From Octopus vulgaris (Eukaryota), in the NCBI GenBank assembly GCA_951406725.2, contig OX597817.1:71610001-71674000 (forward strand): a stretch of 64,000 nt of DNA, read 5' to 3'. The position numbers were made by a program, and so were the translations under genes. Position 1 is the stretch's first letter. Every line of letters begins with the position of its first letter. Below the pieces are notes generated by a model, which saw only the letters and a program-made list of their open reading frames with translations, was not told where the DNA came from and did not search any database. Shown here piece by piece: positions 25,734 to 40,648 of the stretch.

Positions 25734-25838
25734 GTTACTAAAGTGACTAAGAGCGCTAGTCGGCACCAGTATTACTAGAAATAGAAGTTAAAGCAGCTCA
25801 TATCCACAAAACTAGCGTCCTTAGTCACTTTAGCGACG
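25733..25838. repeat. 28-bp inverted repeat within (TA)n
   Basis: CGTTACTAAAGTGACTAAGAGCGCTAGT / ACTAGCGTCCTTAGTCACTTTAGCGACG. Confidence 0.75.
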
Positions 25839-25884
25839 TATATATTTCTGCCTTTCTGTTTTAAAATTGCGATTAAGCCACCCT

Positions 25885-25933
<49 letters not shown>

Positions 25934-26654
25934 TACATACATACATACATACATACACATATATATATGCATATAGACACACACATGATTAGTCACACGC
26001 ATACATATATATACACACACGTATAAACATGTATATGCATAGATACAAATATACACATCGCTTATACACTGACACTTTTATTCATACACAGACACAAAAA
26101 TACATATTGATTGATTGATCAATTGCCTGTTTGATGGATAAACGATTGTCTACGAAGGAAAATTACTAAATACATAGAGTTTGTATATTTTGCAAAAAGC
26201 TTATTTAAACACTGTACTAAGTTTTATGTTTCCGATTATTCAAACCACTGCGGAAGTGCAAAAGCATGACAACACATAACGAAAAATATTTGTAACTATA
26301 TCAAAATATGATGGACTACTGACCTTTGAATAGTTGCCAACACCAAATAAAACACTAAACTTATGGTGAGGTGTTGTTCTACAAACACGTTTATAGTCTC
26401 GCTTTGAAAAATACTGTGATTAAACTGCATATTTTTCTCTTTGTGAGCGGCAAGGCAGAGATTGATTTGGCGGGCTTCAATTTCCTTTGCCGTTCCATCA
26501 GTGAGCAGTTGGTCTTGTTCCTGACTAGAGAGAATAGTAGTTTAATGTTTTTTGAAGTATTCATACATTTAAATAGAACTAAATTGGTCTTTCTAATTTC
26601 CATAACTGTAGCTTCCAGCACTATCCAGTTGGTGGTTACAAAAATAAATATTCT

Positions 26655-26908
26655 TTTATTCTTTTATTTGTTTCAGTCATTTGACTGAGGCCATGCTGGA
26701 GCACGACCTTTAATCGAGCAAATCGACTCCAGGACTTATTCTTTGTAAGCCTAGTACTTATTCTATTGTTTTTTTGCCGAACCGCTAAGTTACGGGGACG
26801 TAAACACACCAGCATCGGTTGTCAAGCAATGTTGGGACACACATACACACAAATGCATGCATACATACATACATACATACATACATACATACATACACAC
26901 ACACACAA

Positions 26909-26959
<51 letters not shown>

Positions 26960-27232
26960 GGTTAAAATTTTAATTTTAACCTTAAAGGTATTTTAATATG
27001 CTGCCACATTTTTTTATGGAATTTTTTTCTGTAAAAAAACTTCATCCTATATTAGTATATATAATATATATATATATATATACGATGAGTTTCTTTCAGT
27101 TTCTGTCTACCAAATCCACTCACAAGGCTTTGGTCGGCCTGAGGCTATAGTAGAAGACACTTGCCAAAGGTGACTGAACCCAGAACCATGTGGTTGGTAA
27201 GCAAGCTACTTACCACACAGCATGTCCTGTGC
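26655..27232 (-). mobile_element. SINE family A
   Basis: Tail at 26655-26840 and head at 27082-27232. Confidence 0.8.
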
Positions 27233-28189
27233 CTAATGTTGAAGTGAATCCAACGGTTTCTGCGTGTCCCTAAATGGCCCACAAGCACCTTCCACGCGCT
27301 GCAGTTGTTTTCCTTTTCAGTACACGATCTCAGATCAGGTCACTTGCTATGCAAGTACATCTCCGTAATATAATATCCATGTATAAAAAACTTGTATTTT
27401 TTAACCTAATTTTTGATTTTAAAAAATAGGTTATGCATACGATATATCTATGAAGTAGCATAATTGCTAGGATTTATTTCAGTATAAATATTAATTTCAA
27501 ATTTTGGCACAAGGCCAGCAATTTCGGGAGAAGGGGGTTCATCAATTATATTAACTCTAGTGTTCGACTAATACTTATACTTCGAATCCTTTGTACAATA
27601 ATTGAGCATTTTGTACGACACGCTAAAGAATCTGCGAACTCTTCTCCTTACAGTACATATCAAATATAAAATCAATAAACGATTGCCTCAGCCATCGTAC
27701 ATCACTGATACTTATTTTTAATATTCTAATCGACCCTCACATGTCCTCTGACTGAAGAGAAACCAAGTCAAAAGCTAATAGGGTTTATAATACAGAATAT
27801 AGACAGACGACACTTAAACGCTGTTCACTAATTAGTCAGGCACTCGTCCGCTTCTAATACAAGGTCAAATTCTTCTTGGAAAAAGCATTTAGCCAACTCA
27901 ATCAATCCTCTGTTTTACTTTTAGATATTACGAAGTCTCTCTATGTGGTAATGCACATTAAATAAACAACCCTTTGTGCCTAAGTAAATAATGTCTTTAT
28001 ACATTAAATAATTAATCTCATATGCATTATGCATTAAATGGATTTTGTTCCTACGATTTACTAATATATAATTGTATGCGGGGAAATATGTATATGCATG
28101 CTTCTGTTTGATTTGATTTCTAAATTTCTCATTTATTAAAATCGGTCGCTATCGTAAAAACAAGGCTGCATTGGAATTTGGATATCGGC

Positions 28190-29417
28190 TATGTATGCAT
28201 GCATGTATGTATGTATGTATGTATGTATGTATGTATGTATGTATGTATGTATGTATGTATGTATGTATGTATGTATGTATGTATGTATTTAAGCATGATG
28301 ATGTATTTATGAATGTGTGTATGTATGTATATGTGTGTGCTTATGTATGTATGTATGTATGTATGTATGTATGTATGTATGTATGTATGTATGTATGTAT
28401 GTATGTATGTATGTATGTATGTATGTATGTTTGTTTGTTTGTATGTATGTGTGCGCGTGCGTGTATGAGCGTAAGTATGTGTGTATGTTTTCCTGGTTAG
28501 ATTTTTTTCAAATTTTTCAGCAAAAGAGAAAGCTGGTTTCTAGTTTCTATATAAGCTAATTTCATTAGCTTATATCGAAAATCAACTGGAGTAGTTTGTA
28601 TGAATGCGTGTATGTATATGCATGCATGTATGTATGTATGTATGTATGTATGTATGTATGTATGTATGTATGTATGTATGTATGTATGTATGTATGTATG
28701 TATGTATGCATATCATTATTCAGTTTAATTTCAAGGTTTCTTGCCAGTAAAGAACGAAGCCGTTTCTAACTCAGATCACTGAAATTTCAACAACATCAAT
28801 GCTATTTTTGCATGTATTTGGAATCAATGCATATGCAGCTTTATATTTTTTGTTGTATGCATGTATGCATATAAATGAATTTCTGCAAAGACATGCAACT
28901 ATATGCATGGAAAATATTGCAAATTTTTACAGTTCCAATGGAGGCTTGAATCTGTAGTCTTCGAATCAGCTTTTTCCTTTCTGGCTTTGAGAAGCGAAGC
29001 TTAGTTTCTCAAGATTAGTACTTAGGCTGTGTATTACATACACCAGTGCCCCAATAATTACAAGTATAAACCTGAACTTGTAATCTGGGTAGAGTAATAG
29101 TAGATTTTTCAATCGTTTAGCGCAGGTATTTTCTTTCTTATTAATCTTTAGTCTTATGTTAACATCTACTGGGAAGCTGATTTCTACTACTCTACACAGT
29201 TTGTCTTTTTCCCAAATCACTATGTCAGGTGTATTATGTTTTCATTTTCTTGAGGTTTTCATGAGACATTCCCACAATACTCTTTATTATGAGTGCCTAT
29301 GTATGTATGTATGTATGTATGTATGTATGTATGTATGTATGTATGTATGTATGTATGTATGTATGTATGTATGTATGTGTGTATGTATGTATGTATGTAT
29401 GTATGTATGTATGTATG

Positions 29418-29448
<31 letters not shown>

Positions 29449-29511
29449 GTATGTGTGTGTATGTATGTATGTATGTATGTATGTATGTATGTATGTATGT
29501 ATGTATGTATG

Positions 29512-29541
<30 letters not shown>
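28190..29541. repeat. Large (TATG)n microsatellite arrays
   Basis: Arrays at ~28190-28450, 28620-28710 and 29298-29541. Confidence 0.9.
28880..29285 (-). mobile_element. RLE-type (R2/R4-group) LINE 3' fragment
   Basis: HNTPDIVIWEKDKLCRVVEISFPVD...FILVIIGAL, a restriction-like endonuclease PD..(D/E) motif. Confidence 0.7.
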
Positions 29542-29542
<1 letters not shown>

Positions 29543-29730
29543 GTTTTGTAGTTACGGTTTCGTCTATAACTAGAGCTAGAAAGAATTTGTTTTCCCGTTG
29601 AGTTGTTGTTTTCGTTCTGTTCCTCGATTGTGTTGTTGTTGATGTTGTATCCGGTCATGCTGTTTGTAATAACTTTCTGCATGGTGGGAGGACAAGCACA
29701 AAGACACACAAATATATATACATATATTTT

Positions 29731-29910
29731 ATAATAATAAATATTAGGGAATAAATCCAAAATTACAGGGAAAAAATCAGATTTAGGATTAAATCCAATT
29801 TTATAGTAAAATATTATATATATTATTATATTAAAATTTTTTATGTATTGATTAAGTCTTTCCTTGTTTGATTTGCAAAATAGTGGTTTTGTCTCGAATA
29901 AAAATTATAC
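29731..29910. mobile_element. Shorter copy of the 1138-1487 PLE-terminus family, lacking the HHR
   Basis: Near-identical ATAAATATTAGGGAATAAATCCAAA..ACAGGGAAAA head and AAGTCTTTC..GGTTTTGTCTC tail. Confidence 0.7.
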
Positions 29911-29911
29911 A

Positions 29912-29951
<40 letters not shown>

Positions 29952-32258
29952 TATATATATATATATATATCGGGCTTCTTTCAGTTTCTTTCTATAGTAG
30001 AAGACACTTGCCCAAGGTACCACGCAGTAAGACTGAACCTAGAACCATGTGATAGGGAAACAAGCGCTTCTTACCACACAGCTACGCTTGCACCTATATG
30101 TGTGTGTGAGTGTGTGTATAAAACACATACATATACATAAATCAAAATGTTTAAAATAACCCGCACATGTCGGTAGAATGGAAAAACAATATTGTAATTA
30201 TGTACTTTGGAATACATAATCTTGAAATAATTTGATTTTAGTAATGTGCTTTGGATATGATGTGATATTTTGGAAGATGTAATAATGTGAAATAATTTGA
30301 TTGTGATAATCTGTTTTCCAAAGCATGTTATTGTATTTTGAAATCATTTGATTGTAATGATATACTTTAGAAAAAAAAAAAAAAAACTGTAGTGTAAAAA
30401 AGAATTGTTCATCTTTTAATTATTATTTTTCCAGTCACACACACACGCATGCGCACACACACGCATGCGCACACACACGCATGCGCACACACACGCACAT
30501 ATACATATACGTGTACATAATCTAATTTTACATGATGTTTATACAGGATTGACTCAAAGGCTTGGAATTTCATACTAAAATCGTCTCATTTCAAACACTA
30601 TATAAACAGCACTTGTTTTTTTAAAATCAGAACTTCGTCATAGCTCTAGGAATAAAACTCCAGGACATCGATTCATTCCTGTCACAATCTCTCAGCAAAT
30701 AAAATGTATATATACTCCGCCTTACGTTTTGAGTTCATTTTCTCTTGTTAGTAAAACGAAATACATATATGTACTCGCTCACACGCGCGCGTGCACACAC
30801 ATACACATACACACATGCAACTTTTCCTTGAAAAACATTGGTAGCCTGCAAAAGAGGAAAATCTCTGGTCATATGTCCGTCCCGACCAATTTATATGCCT
30901 CTTACAGTGATGCCAAGAACTGCTTTATATTATATCTATAATACGGGGTTAAATAAGTAACGTTCCATTGATATTAAGGGAACGAAAAGGGATGTGTTTA
31001 ATAAATAAAAAGTAAATTAAAATTTCAATCTTCATAATACATTTGTAGAGAGTGCGAAGCATCATGAAACAAGCATTCTGTAAGACTTTCCTTTCTTCAA
31101 TGCCTTTAGGAAAGTGATAAATCTAACACTTCCCTTTGCATTCAGTTTCCAACATGTAAACAATGTTTGTAATTTCTTTAAGAAGCTAATATTTATGACG
31201 ATTCTGTCACATGCATGGCGATTTACAAAATATGATCTTGGGAGACGACGACAGCGTGCTGGTTTCGTTTTTTTTTTCTTGTTCAAGGAATTTCATTTAG
31301 TTCTTTTAACGTTAATCCCTTTGGAAAATACGAGAACGTTACAATAGACCACATGATCACATCTCTTCCAATTACAGACATGAATGAACGCGAAACTAAC
31401 GATTCAAATGAAATCAAGTATTTATAATAAATTTAATGGAAATATATATGTTTAGAGTTGCGTTGAATAGAATCATGACAATCAGCTTGCAGTTGATTAC
31501 ATCTTTCCTAGAAACTGGTTTTATTTTCGAATAATTAAGACAGAATATACGAACCAGTTTATATGAAAAAAAATTCTTTAAATATAAGAGGAAATAAATA
31601 TATTGCTTTAGTAGTTTAGTAAAATTGTTTAAAGTACCATATAGGGCAACAATAAATGAATTGAAAGAAGGCAAAGTATGGTTTTTCATAAATCAATAAG
31701 TAAATTTAATAACATATTTTTCGTATAAACTTTCGTTCAAAGGAAATATTGAATTATTTAATTCCCCAGTGGTATTAATATAAATTTTTGATATTATTTG
31801 AAGTCTATGTTTATTTAAATAAAAACAAAATTAGGCTTGTCTTGAAAACAACCTTGAAATTATAATTCGCAGGTCGGTCTTAAATTTGATGGCTCTCTAT
31901 TTCAATCTTATAGAATCTTAACAGTTTCGCTGTAGTTGTTTTCGAGTAAGGCCAGACATATATAAGGAGTTAAAAGGTGCATCTGCTGTATTGAATGCTA
32001 TATATTATATCTCACTCATTTATAATAATTCATCATCTGAGCTCGAAGATCCTATTGTATATGTATATATGTATGTATGTATGTATGTATATATGAACAA
32101 AAATGGCGTACACTGAATATGCCTATTATTATATAAGCCAATTTTCAATACTACCATAATATTCCGCTAAGCTCATCACAATCGTGAGTTAGGATGACGA
32201 AAATATGAAAATGTGAACGTGAAAAAGTTACCAAGTGCACACATGCATGCAGACATAC

Positions 32259-32316
<58 letters not shown>

Positions 32317-33084
32317 AGTACACATATATATTATACATTCACACACACATATATAGAGATAGATTAGATAGATACAGACATAATCTCAATAACTCTCTCA
32401 TTACACACACACACACACACACAGAATATATTTTCTGCAAAATATCATTTTCAAGTTGTATATCTGCATTTTGTGAACAGGTTGGTAGCGAGATAATCAC
32501 TATTCAATGAAAAGGATAAATGACGAGGGAGTGTTTGTGTAGCCTGCACTGAATATATATCAGAAGATATTTTCTTTTGAACGCGCCTGTATTATCAATG
32601 AATTTCTAATAAATGGATTTATTTTTCGCTGATGTACTCACACGCACAAACACAGACACAAACACCACACACATACACACACACAGACACGAACACGCAT
32701 ACACACACACGCAGGGAATATACATACGTATGCAAGAGAAAAGTTTATTGAGTATACCGTTGGAAGTGTTTCAGACATTTCTGGCAAAGACTTTCACCGA
32801 GGATTAAAGGACACAGATTGAGGTCTATATATATGTATGTATGTTTGTATGTATGTATGTATGTATATATGTAATTATTTACGTATGTGTGTTGTATGTG
32901 TATGCATGTATATATGTATGTATGACTGTATGTATGCATGCATGTATGTATGAACGTATGTATGTATGTACCACGAGTTACTCCATAGTTTCTGTTGATC
33001 TAATGCCACTCACAAAACATGGTTTGCCTGAGGCTAAAGCAGAAATCAGTTGTCCAATGTACCACAGTGAGATTGAACCTTGAA

Positions 33085-33143
<59 letters not shown>

Positions 33144-33239
33144 CACATTATCTAGACATGTGTGTATATGTATTTATGTACGTTCAAAGATAATTTAGAA
33201 AAAGCCGTCTCAATGGAATATGCGATACACTAAGTAGAG

Positions 33240-33785
33240 AGTGTTTCCTTATCAAGGTTTAAGTAAGGGCCTTGACCATGTATTTCGTATGGAAGAAGTC
33301 ACTTGTCCAAAGTACCCTTTTATGGTCGACTTAGCTCTGGTGCCAGGCACCAATGCCTCCCACTGCTCCGTTGTAAGGACCTACTAAAGATCTGTGTGAA
33401 AATCTGCATGATAAATCTGAGAACATGGAATTGGTAGCACTAAGTAGAGGTCGGTTGAGAATCTCGTGCTACCAAGATCTTTCTGAACTTGAGACAACCA
33501 GAATCATCACCTTAAAGGACATATGAATCCAGCATTGAGCCAAAACCAATCTCTTTCTTCCTCTAAATGACCACTATCGCAACATCTGAAGCAAGGTCTA
33601 AAGAATTCAGAAAACTTTTTATTTCCACAAGACATGACACAGCAAAGCATCAAACTGAGAACGTGGTGCAGCTATGTCCTGCTGAACTCCCGTTTGTTGA
33701 AGCGGTGATAGGGAGTCCAACAACAGCATCAGCAGCAGTAGCAACAACAACAACAACAACGACGACGACGACAACGACAACGACG

Positions 33786-33818
<33 letters not shown>

Positions 33819-33840
33819 GCAACAACAGCAGCAGTAGCAT
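33240..33840 (+). mobile_element. Very decayed RTE-like 3' end with an (AAC)n-type tail
   Basis: LRCKDLLK (cf. LRYKDxxK) followed by an (AAC/GAC)n tract at 33719-33840. Confidence 0.35.
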
Positions 33841-33849
33841 CAGCCATTA

Positions 33850-34986
33850 CCAATTAACAATTTGCTCTACATGGATGATCTGAAACTTTTTAGTAAGAAT
33901 GAAAAAGAATTAGATTCCTTAATACAGGCTGTAAGACTCTTCAGCAAAGATATAGACATGGAATTTGGCACAGATAAGTGTGCAATATTAGTCATGAGAA
34001 GGGGATAGGTAGTCAAGTGCGAAGGCATCCAAGTACCAGATAGCCAGACATTAAAATTATTGAAAAGAGGAGAGAGTTGCAAGTATCTAAGAGTATTAGA
34101 ATCTGACAGTACTAACTATAGAAATAAAATCGAGAATTGAGGTGTACATCAGAAGAGTGAGGAAGCTAATGAAGTCAAAGCTAAATGGTCAGATTCTAGT
34201 GAAGGCTGTAAATACTTGGGTAGTATCATCATTTAGATACTCAGCAGTTTTTATAGATTGGACAAAAACTGAATTAGCAAGGCTAGACAGAAGAACTAGG
34301 AAGGAATTCAATATGAATGGAGGACTACACCCAAGGGCTGGGGTAGCAAGATTATACTTACCTAGAAAAGAAGGCGGAAGAGGGTTAATATCAGTAGAAG
34401 ACTGTGTGAAGTTAGCTAGAGTAGATATAGACGCATATGTAGGTAATAGGGAAGAACGTTTATTAAAAGTTGCTAGAATCACGGCAAAACATAGGGAAAC
34501 CAAAAACCCGAACGAAGTTAAAAACCAGAAAAAACAACAGAAATTAAGTGACTGGCAGGAGAAGGCGTTGCATGGTATATTCCCAAATATATTTGCAGCA
34601 CATAGCAGTAGTGAGACATGGCTATGGTTGCAGAAAGGAAAGCTGAAAAGGGAAACAGAAAGTTTGTTAGTAGCCGCACAAGAGCAAGCATTAATTGGAT
34701 AAAAGCCAAGATAGACAAAAACTATGTAGATTATGCAAATCAAAAGAGGAAAGCGTTACTCATATAGTAAGCGTATGTAGCATGCTGACACAGAAAGAAT
34801 ACAAGAAAAAACATGGCAATCTACGGAGAGTAATCCACGGTGATTTATGTAGAAAGCTAGGATTTGGACATACTGACAAATGGTATGAACGTGAACCTAG
34901 TAAAGTGCTAGAAAGTAAGGAAAACAAGATGTTGTGGGATTTTAACATTCAGACTGACCGGCTAACAAAAGCTAGAAGGCTTGATT

Positions 34987-35041
<55 letters not shown>

Positions 35042-35045
35042 CGTT

Positions 35046-35104
<59 letters not shown>

Positions 35105-35470
35105 TGATAAAAGTGTCAGATAATTGACTTTACAGTTCCAAATGATGAAAAAAGTCAATATGAGAGGTATAGAAAAACAGCAAACTACCAAGACTTAGCA
35201 ATTGAATTACAGAGACTATGGAAAGTGTGGGTGAACTGTGTCCTTGTAGTTATAGGTGCATTGGGAACTATCACTAAAGATCTGAACAGGTGGATAGAGG
35301 AAATATGCATAAAACCCAGTTTAGTACAGCTCCAGAAAACAGCTATATTAGGGACAGCTACGATACTTAGGAGGGTTCTTGGTATCTAAGGTTACTTGTT
35401 GTAGCCCGATGTTAGGATTTTTTCTTTTCCAAAAGTCTAATCTGTTGAGTGTATGTGAAAATAATAATAA
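33850..35470 (+). mobile_element. 5'-truncated R4/Dong-type LINE (RT, CCHC finger, RLE endonuclease), pseudogenised
   Basis: LLYMDDLKLF; RLYLPRKEGGRGL; CRLCKSKEESVTHIVSVC; MLWDFNIQTD..ARRLDLVV; VVIGALG. Stop at ~35389, then a short UTR and (TAA)n. Confidence 0.9.
34988..35105 (+). repeat. (GTA)n expansion inside the LINE endonuclease domain
   Basis: Poly-Val run between RRLDL and DK. Confidence 0.9.
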
Positions 35471-35532
35471 TAAAAATAATTTGAAAAAAGAGATGGTATA
35501 GGCACTCCCCAGAAAAGGTTTCAGAAAAAAAC

Positions 35533-35808
35533 AAAGCAACCATACTCTGAGATAAGACAATAACACAGTTGGAGAAATCAAGGCTAATAGACCGGATATA
35601 GTTGTCAGAGATCACTAAGAAAAATGCCTTCTAATCGATGTATGATTTCCAACCGGTGAAAATGTAACTCTTGAAGGAATGGAAAATCTCACAAAATACA
35701 AAGATCTGGAAACAGAGGTAACCCAAATGTGGGGCTTAAAAAAGAAACAATCCCTTTAATAATAGATGCATTAGGTATGATTAAAAAACATTCAGACAAA
35801 TACATAAC
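35533..35808 (+). mobile_element. R4/Dong-type LINE RLE fragment (same family as 52475-52963)
   Basis: EIKANRPDIVVRD..KCLLIDV; nucleotide similarity to 52490-52772. Confidence 0.8.
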
Positions 35809-35920
35809 CATATCGATGGTGTCTATTGACAAATTCCTGTTAGTAAAACTTTCAAACACACGTGGTCATGTGAAACAAATTATCCTTTACGTTGAGAAAT
35901 AAGTACGGGTGAATCCATAT

Positions 35921-36000
<80 letters not shown>

Positions 36001-37662
36001 AATTTCATAAAATTTACGATGAAGAGTTACAATTTCAGAGCAAAACCTATCACTACAGGTCACAAAAATTCAGCTTTTCTCACTGTCACTCATCTCCACC
36101 CCGTTTGTAGTTTAGCTTCCCTCCGCTAGCGTAACTGCCTTGTGAAACACGTTGCTTTCTGTTATATGTAATTTACAGATATCTTTATCTTTATCAGCGG
36201 TTCTCAACCCATGTAACATCATGGCGCATCGGAGAATTTTATAAAATTCCGGCTTATTTTGTATTAAAAATCAAGAGAGAGAAAAATGTCCAATTCTTTT
36301 GAAATTGAAAAAAAAAATCTTGTTAAAAATTCTTACCGACCACGTGAGGATAACAGATTTATGAATAACATGTTTTTCATGAGGATCAAGCATTAGTCTA
36401 GATAAAATGTGTAAATAGACAGACCTCCAAATTCCTTTTGAAATTCGTATTCTTTTAGCTTTCTAAATTTCAAGGGGTATGAAAATCGAAACATTGAGGA
36501 CTGTGTATGAGCATTTATACGCCATATGCATGCAAATATACAAAAGAATGATTAATATACGGATACAAGAATATAATCATATACACCTAAAAGTCATATT
36601 TCACAGATTTAAGTTCAATATACGCAGATATGTGGCTTAAGCCTTTAAAAACCTTTAGTTTTTTTCTCCACTTTTGAGCTCAGGAATAAAATAGATTACT
36701 TAAATTTTGGGCTTCGAAACGACTGGATGCTCGATATACCATATTGATTGAGCACGTTTTACGAGCCCTGATAGAAACAACTTGCGTCTTAGTACTACCT
36801 TAAGTGGGATTTCACATCAATAGTTGAAGAACATGTCATTAAATTTCGTGCATACGTCATGCAATGCGAGGCAAATAAAATGAAAGGTACAAGGGTGATA
36901 ATGTGAAAACGGCAACAAAGCAACAAGGAAATCAAGAGAACTACGATGCTGCAATGCTGCTATAATACCATTTAACGATCATCGTTGACGGGAGTGAGTT
37001 CTTCTGAAATTTTCTGTCTTTAATAGGATAAACTAAAATAAAACAAAAAATACCCTGGAAAGAAAGAAAAAAGTGAATAAATTCAATGATTAAATTATGA
37101 AAAAAATAATAAAAACCTACTTAAAATACAGTGATAAAAGATTAAATATAATATTTTTTATTCTACAATCATAAGGCAAAAGATAGGTCCAGTTTTGAAT
37201 ATCTGTTTAGACAACATTGGAAGGAATATAAAAAACATTTGCACAAAATCTGAATATGGATTCATATATTTTATCAAACAGTTTCATAATTCTTTTGCAA
37301 CAAAAACAAGCAAAGACATGTGTATTTAATAGCATTATTATCACAAATTATAGCAGATGCTTGTAGAGGAGGAACGGCAAGTAGCCTATCCATATTAAAG
37401 TACGGTTTACACGTATTTATAGTACGTCTATAGTAAATATTGGCAGGATCTATGATCAAAGTATTTCAGTCATGACCATCTCATTTTTCTACATCTATGA
37501 CGATATTATTTATTGTTATCTAAGACTACAGTTCAAGGGAATATATCATTGTCAATTTTAGGTGATACGTCGGTGTAATGATACACTCTGGCTAATGAGA
37601 TTTCTTTGTTGGCGTTTAATTCATTAAATTTTAATTTTGTTGAAAAATAGCCCTAGATGCTT

Positions 37663-37865
37663 GGCGGCGAGCTGGCAGAATTGTTAGTACGCTGGGCAAA
37701 ATGCTTAGCAGCATTTCGTCCGCCTGTAAGTTGTGAGTTCAAATTTTGCCACAGTCAGTCTTGCTTTTCATCCTGTCGTGGTCGATAAAATAAGTACCAG
37801 TTGAACACTGGGGTCGATTTAATTGATTTACCACTCGACCGAAATTGCTCTCAAAATATGAAATC
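37663..37865 (+). mobile_element. SINE family B
   Basis: Family B match. Confidence 0.8.
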
Positions 37866-38483
37866 AATATAGCCCTAGATGGACTTTGGTTGGATTGAAT
37901 TTGTGGTCAATGCGTGACTATCCGCCATTTTATATATCAAGGTGTATATCGGCTCAAGCGTGTTTAACATTTTTAAAGATGGTACTTGTGACTTACAGGA
38001 ATTAGACAGCTATTTCTATTAGATCAAATGGTCGCATAGAGCTTCTCTCAAATGTAAAATTGTGCATTTTGTTTAAAGCAAATAACAGTTGCTTAATCTC
38101 AGATCAGCTACAAATTGGGCAGACAATCCATGATTAGAAAGTTCAAGCTGTGATCAATCCATCATTCTTTCAGTCAGTGTATATCCTGTGTGTTTTTCCT
38201 ATTTCAAGATAAGAGGATTAGATTTAAAGAAGATTTAGCTTCTATGTCTGATAAATCGAGTGACAGAGTTCATAATTCGTTGCTACTGTTTTGCATCAGA
38301 TTCAGCATGACTGAGCAGAACTGTGATAAAAAGTGTCCAACGAAGCATAAATACTACATTAGTATAGTAGGAAGTAATTATAAGAAGTATTAACTCAACT
38401 ACACATATTTCCTTACACACACATTGGTGGATAAAATAAATTATCTTGTTACAACTTGCTCCTAGAACATTATGCTGGCTTTA

Positions 38484-39162
38484 ATATTGGTTTCAAATTT
38501 TGGCTCAAGGCCAGCAGTTCCCGTGGAGAGGGTGAGTCGATTATGTCGACCCAGGAACTCAACTGGTACTTATTTTATCAACCCTGAAAGGATGAACGGT
38601 AAAGTTGGCCTCGGTGGAATTTGAATTTACAACGTAAAGATGGACGAAACACTGCTAAGCATTTTTCCCGGTGTGCTAACGATTCTGCCAGCTCGCTGCC
38701 TTAATACTTACTTTAATATGAAATGGAAAGAAAGGCGGCGAGCTGGCAGAAACGTTAGCACCCCGTTATTTCGATTGTCTTTACATTCTGAGTTCAAATT
38801 TTGCCGAGATCGACTTTACCTTTCATCGTTTCGGGGTCAATAAATTAAGCACCAGTTATATACTGGCGTCGATCTAATCGACTGGACCCCTCCCTGAAAA
38901 TTTCAGGCCTTGTGCCTAGAGTAGAAATGAATATTAAATTGAAGAAAGAGGCGAACTGGCAGAATCGTTATCACATCGCGCAACATGCTTAGTGGCATTT
39001 CATCTGTCTTTACGATGTAAGTTCAAATTCTGCTGAAGTTGACTTTACCTTTCATCTTTTCGGGGTCGATAAGACAAGCGCCAGTTGATCACTGTTGTCT
39101 ACGTAATCGACGTACCTATTTCTCTAAATTGCAGGCCTTGTGCCAAGATTTGATACCAATAT
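38484..39162. mobile_element. Three SINE family B copies (-,+,+)
   Basis: 38484-38702 (-), 38734-38930 (+), 38949-39162 (+). Confidence 0.85.
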
Positions 39163-39494
39163 TAAAAGGAAAATTCTAGAGAGCAGGAGATCAAACATTA
39201 CTAGGGCTAAAACTTGCAAATATGTACAACTGAGAAATTAGCAATTCGGTAATTATTTGAATAGAAGGTCAAAATTTTTACGAAATGCCTCTACTTCCGT
39301 AAATATCTGTCGAGATTTTGGAATTGATCAGCAGCCAAGTATTTCGCCGATTAACTATGTTTTATATGTATTCATTAGTTTTATCTTGTACTTTCGAAAT
39401 CATAATCTAAATATTATCATCTTAATATACCGCAACATGTCTTTTATCTGAACTTTCTCTACATTTTTGTCCCGATCAGAAACGTTTCTTTTTC

Positions 39495-39888
39495 TTTTAT
39501 TCGTCTCAGTCATTAGAATGCGGCCATGCTGGAGTACACCTCGAAAAACGTATAGTTAGCTAAATCGATCCAATACTTTTCTTTTTTAAGCTTGGTACTT
39601 ATTCTGTTGGGCTCTTTTGCCGAATCACTAGGTTATGGGGACGTAAACAAACTAACACCAGTTGTCAAGCAGTAGTAGGGTACAAACACAAACAGAAATG
39701 CGCGCACACGCACACGCATGCATATACGACGGGCTTCTTTCAGTTTCCGTTTATCAGATGCACTAAAAAGGCTTTGGACGTTCAGAGGCTATAGTTAAAG
39801 ACACTTGCCCAAGATGCCATGCGTGGGGCTGAACCCGGAACCATGTGGTTGGGAAGCAAACTTCTTACCACACAGCAGCACCTACGCC
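39495..39888 (-). mobile_element. SINE family A
   Basis: Full-length match. Confidence 0.85.
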
Positions 39889-40231
39889 TAAGCATTTTCT
39901 TAACATTTTCTTTACTGACTCAAATTCCTCGATTTAAGTTAAGTAATACACACAAGATACTACTGAGTGCAAACAAGGGGATTTAATAGAATTGTGCAAC
40001 TTGAAATGACAGTCAGGACGTATGACAGGAAACAATACGTATTATGCAAAATCATAACACTTAGTAGACAGTTGTGGAAGATCATTGGTCTTATATGAGC
40101 CGATGACTTTTTTCGTTTTAAACCCTATTATTGCATCGTTAGATACACACGTTTTAGCGATCATACCGCATATGATAAACAACGAATCATTTTGACGCTT
40201 TACAGTACGCAGTATGTACTAGAAATATATA

Positions 40232-40648
40232 AGCAGGAGTGGCTGTGTGGTAAGTAGCTTCCTTACCAGTCACATGGTTTCGGGTTGAGTCCCACAGCGT
40301 GACACCTTGGGAAGTGTCTTCTACTATAGCCTAGGGCCGACCAAAGCCTTGTGAGTGGATTTGGTAGACGGAAATTGAAAGAAGCCCGTCATATATTTGT
40401 ATATGTATGTGTATGTGTGTGTATATGTTGTGTATCTGTGTTTGTCCCCTCAACATCGCTTGACAACCGATGCTGGTGTGTTTACGCCCCCATAACTTAG
40501 CGGATCGGCAAAAGAGACCGATAGAATAAGTACTAGGCTTACAAAGAATAAGACCTGGGAGCGATTTGCTCGACTAAAGGCGGTGCTCCAGCATGGGCGC
40601 AGTCAAATGACTGAAATAAGTAAAAGAGTAAAAGAGAGTAAAGAGTAA
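40232..40648 (+). mobile_element. SINE family A
   Basis: Full-length match with a (GTAAAAGA)n tail. Confidence 0.85.

Noticed and set aside
26300-26530. Unique-looking open frame on - (QEQDQLLTDGTAKEIEARQINL...)
   Set aside because: An acceptor is possible, but there is no good donor and no recognisable protein motif.
33567-33857. Mucin-like poly-Thr and signal-peptide-like poly-Leu ORFs
   Set aside because: They arise from an (AAC)n microsatellite between LINE fragments.
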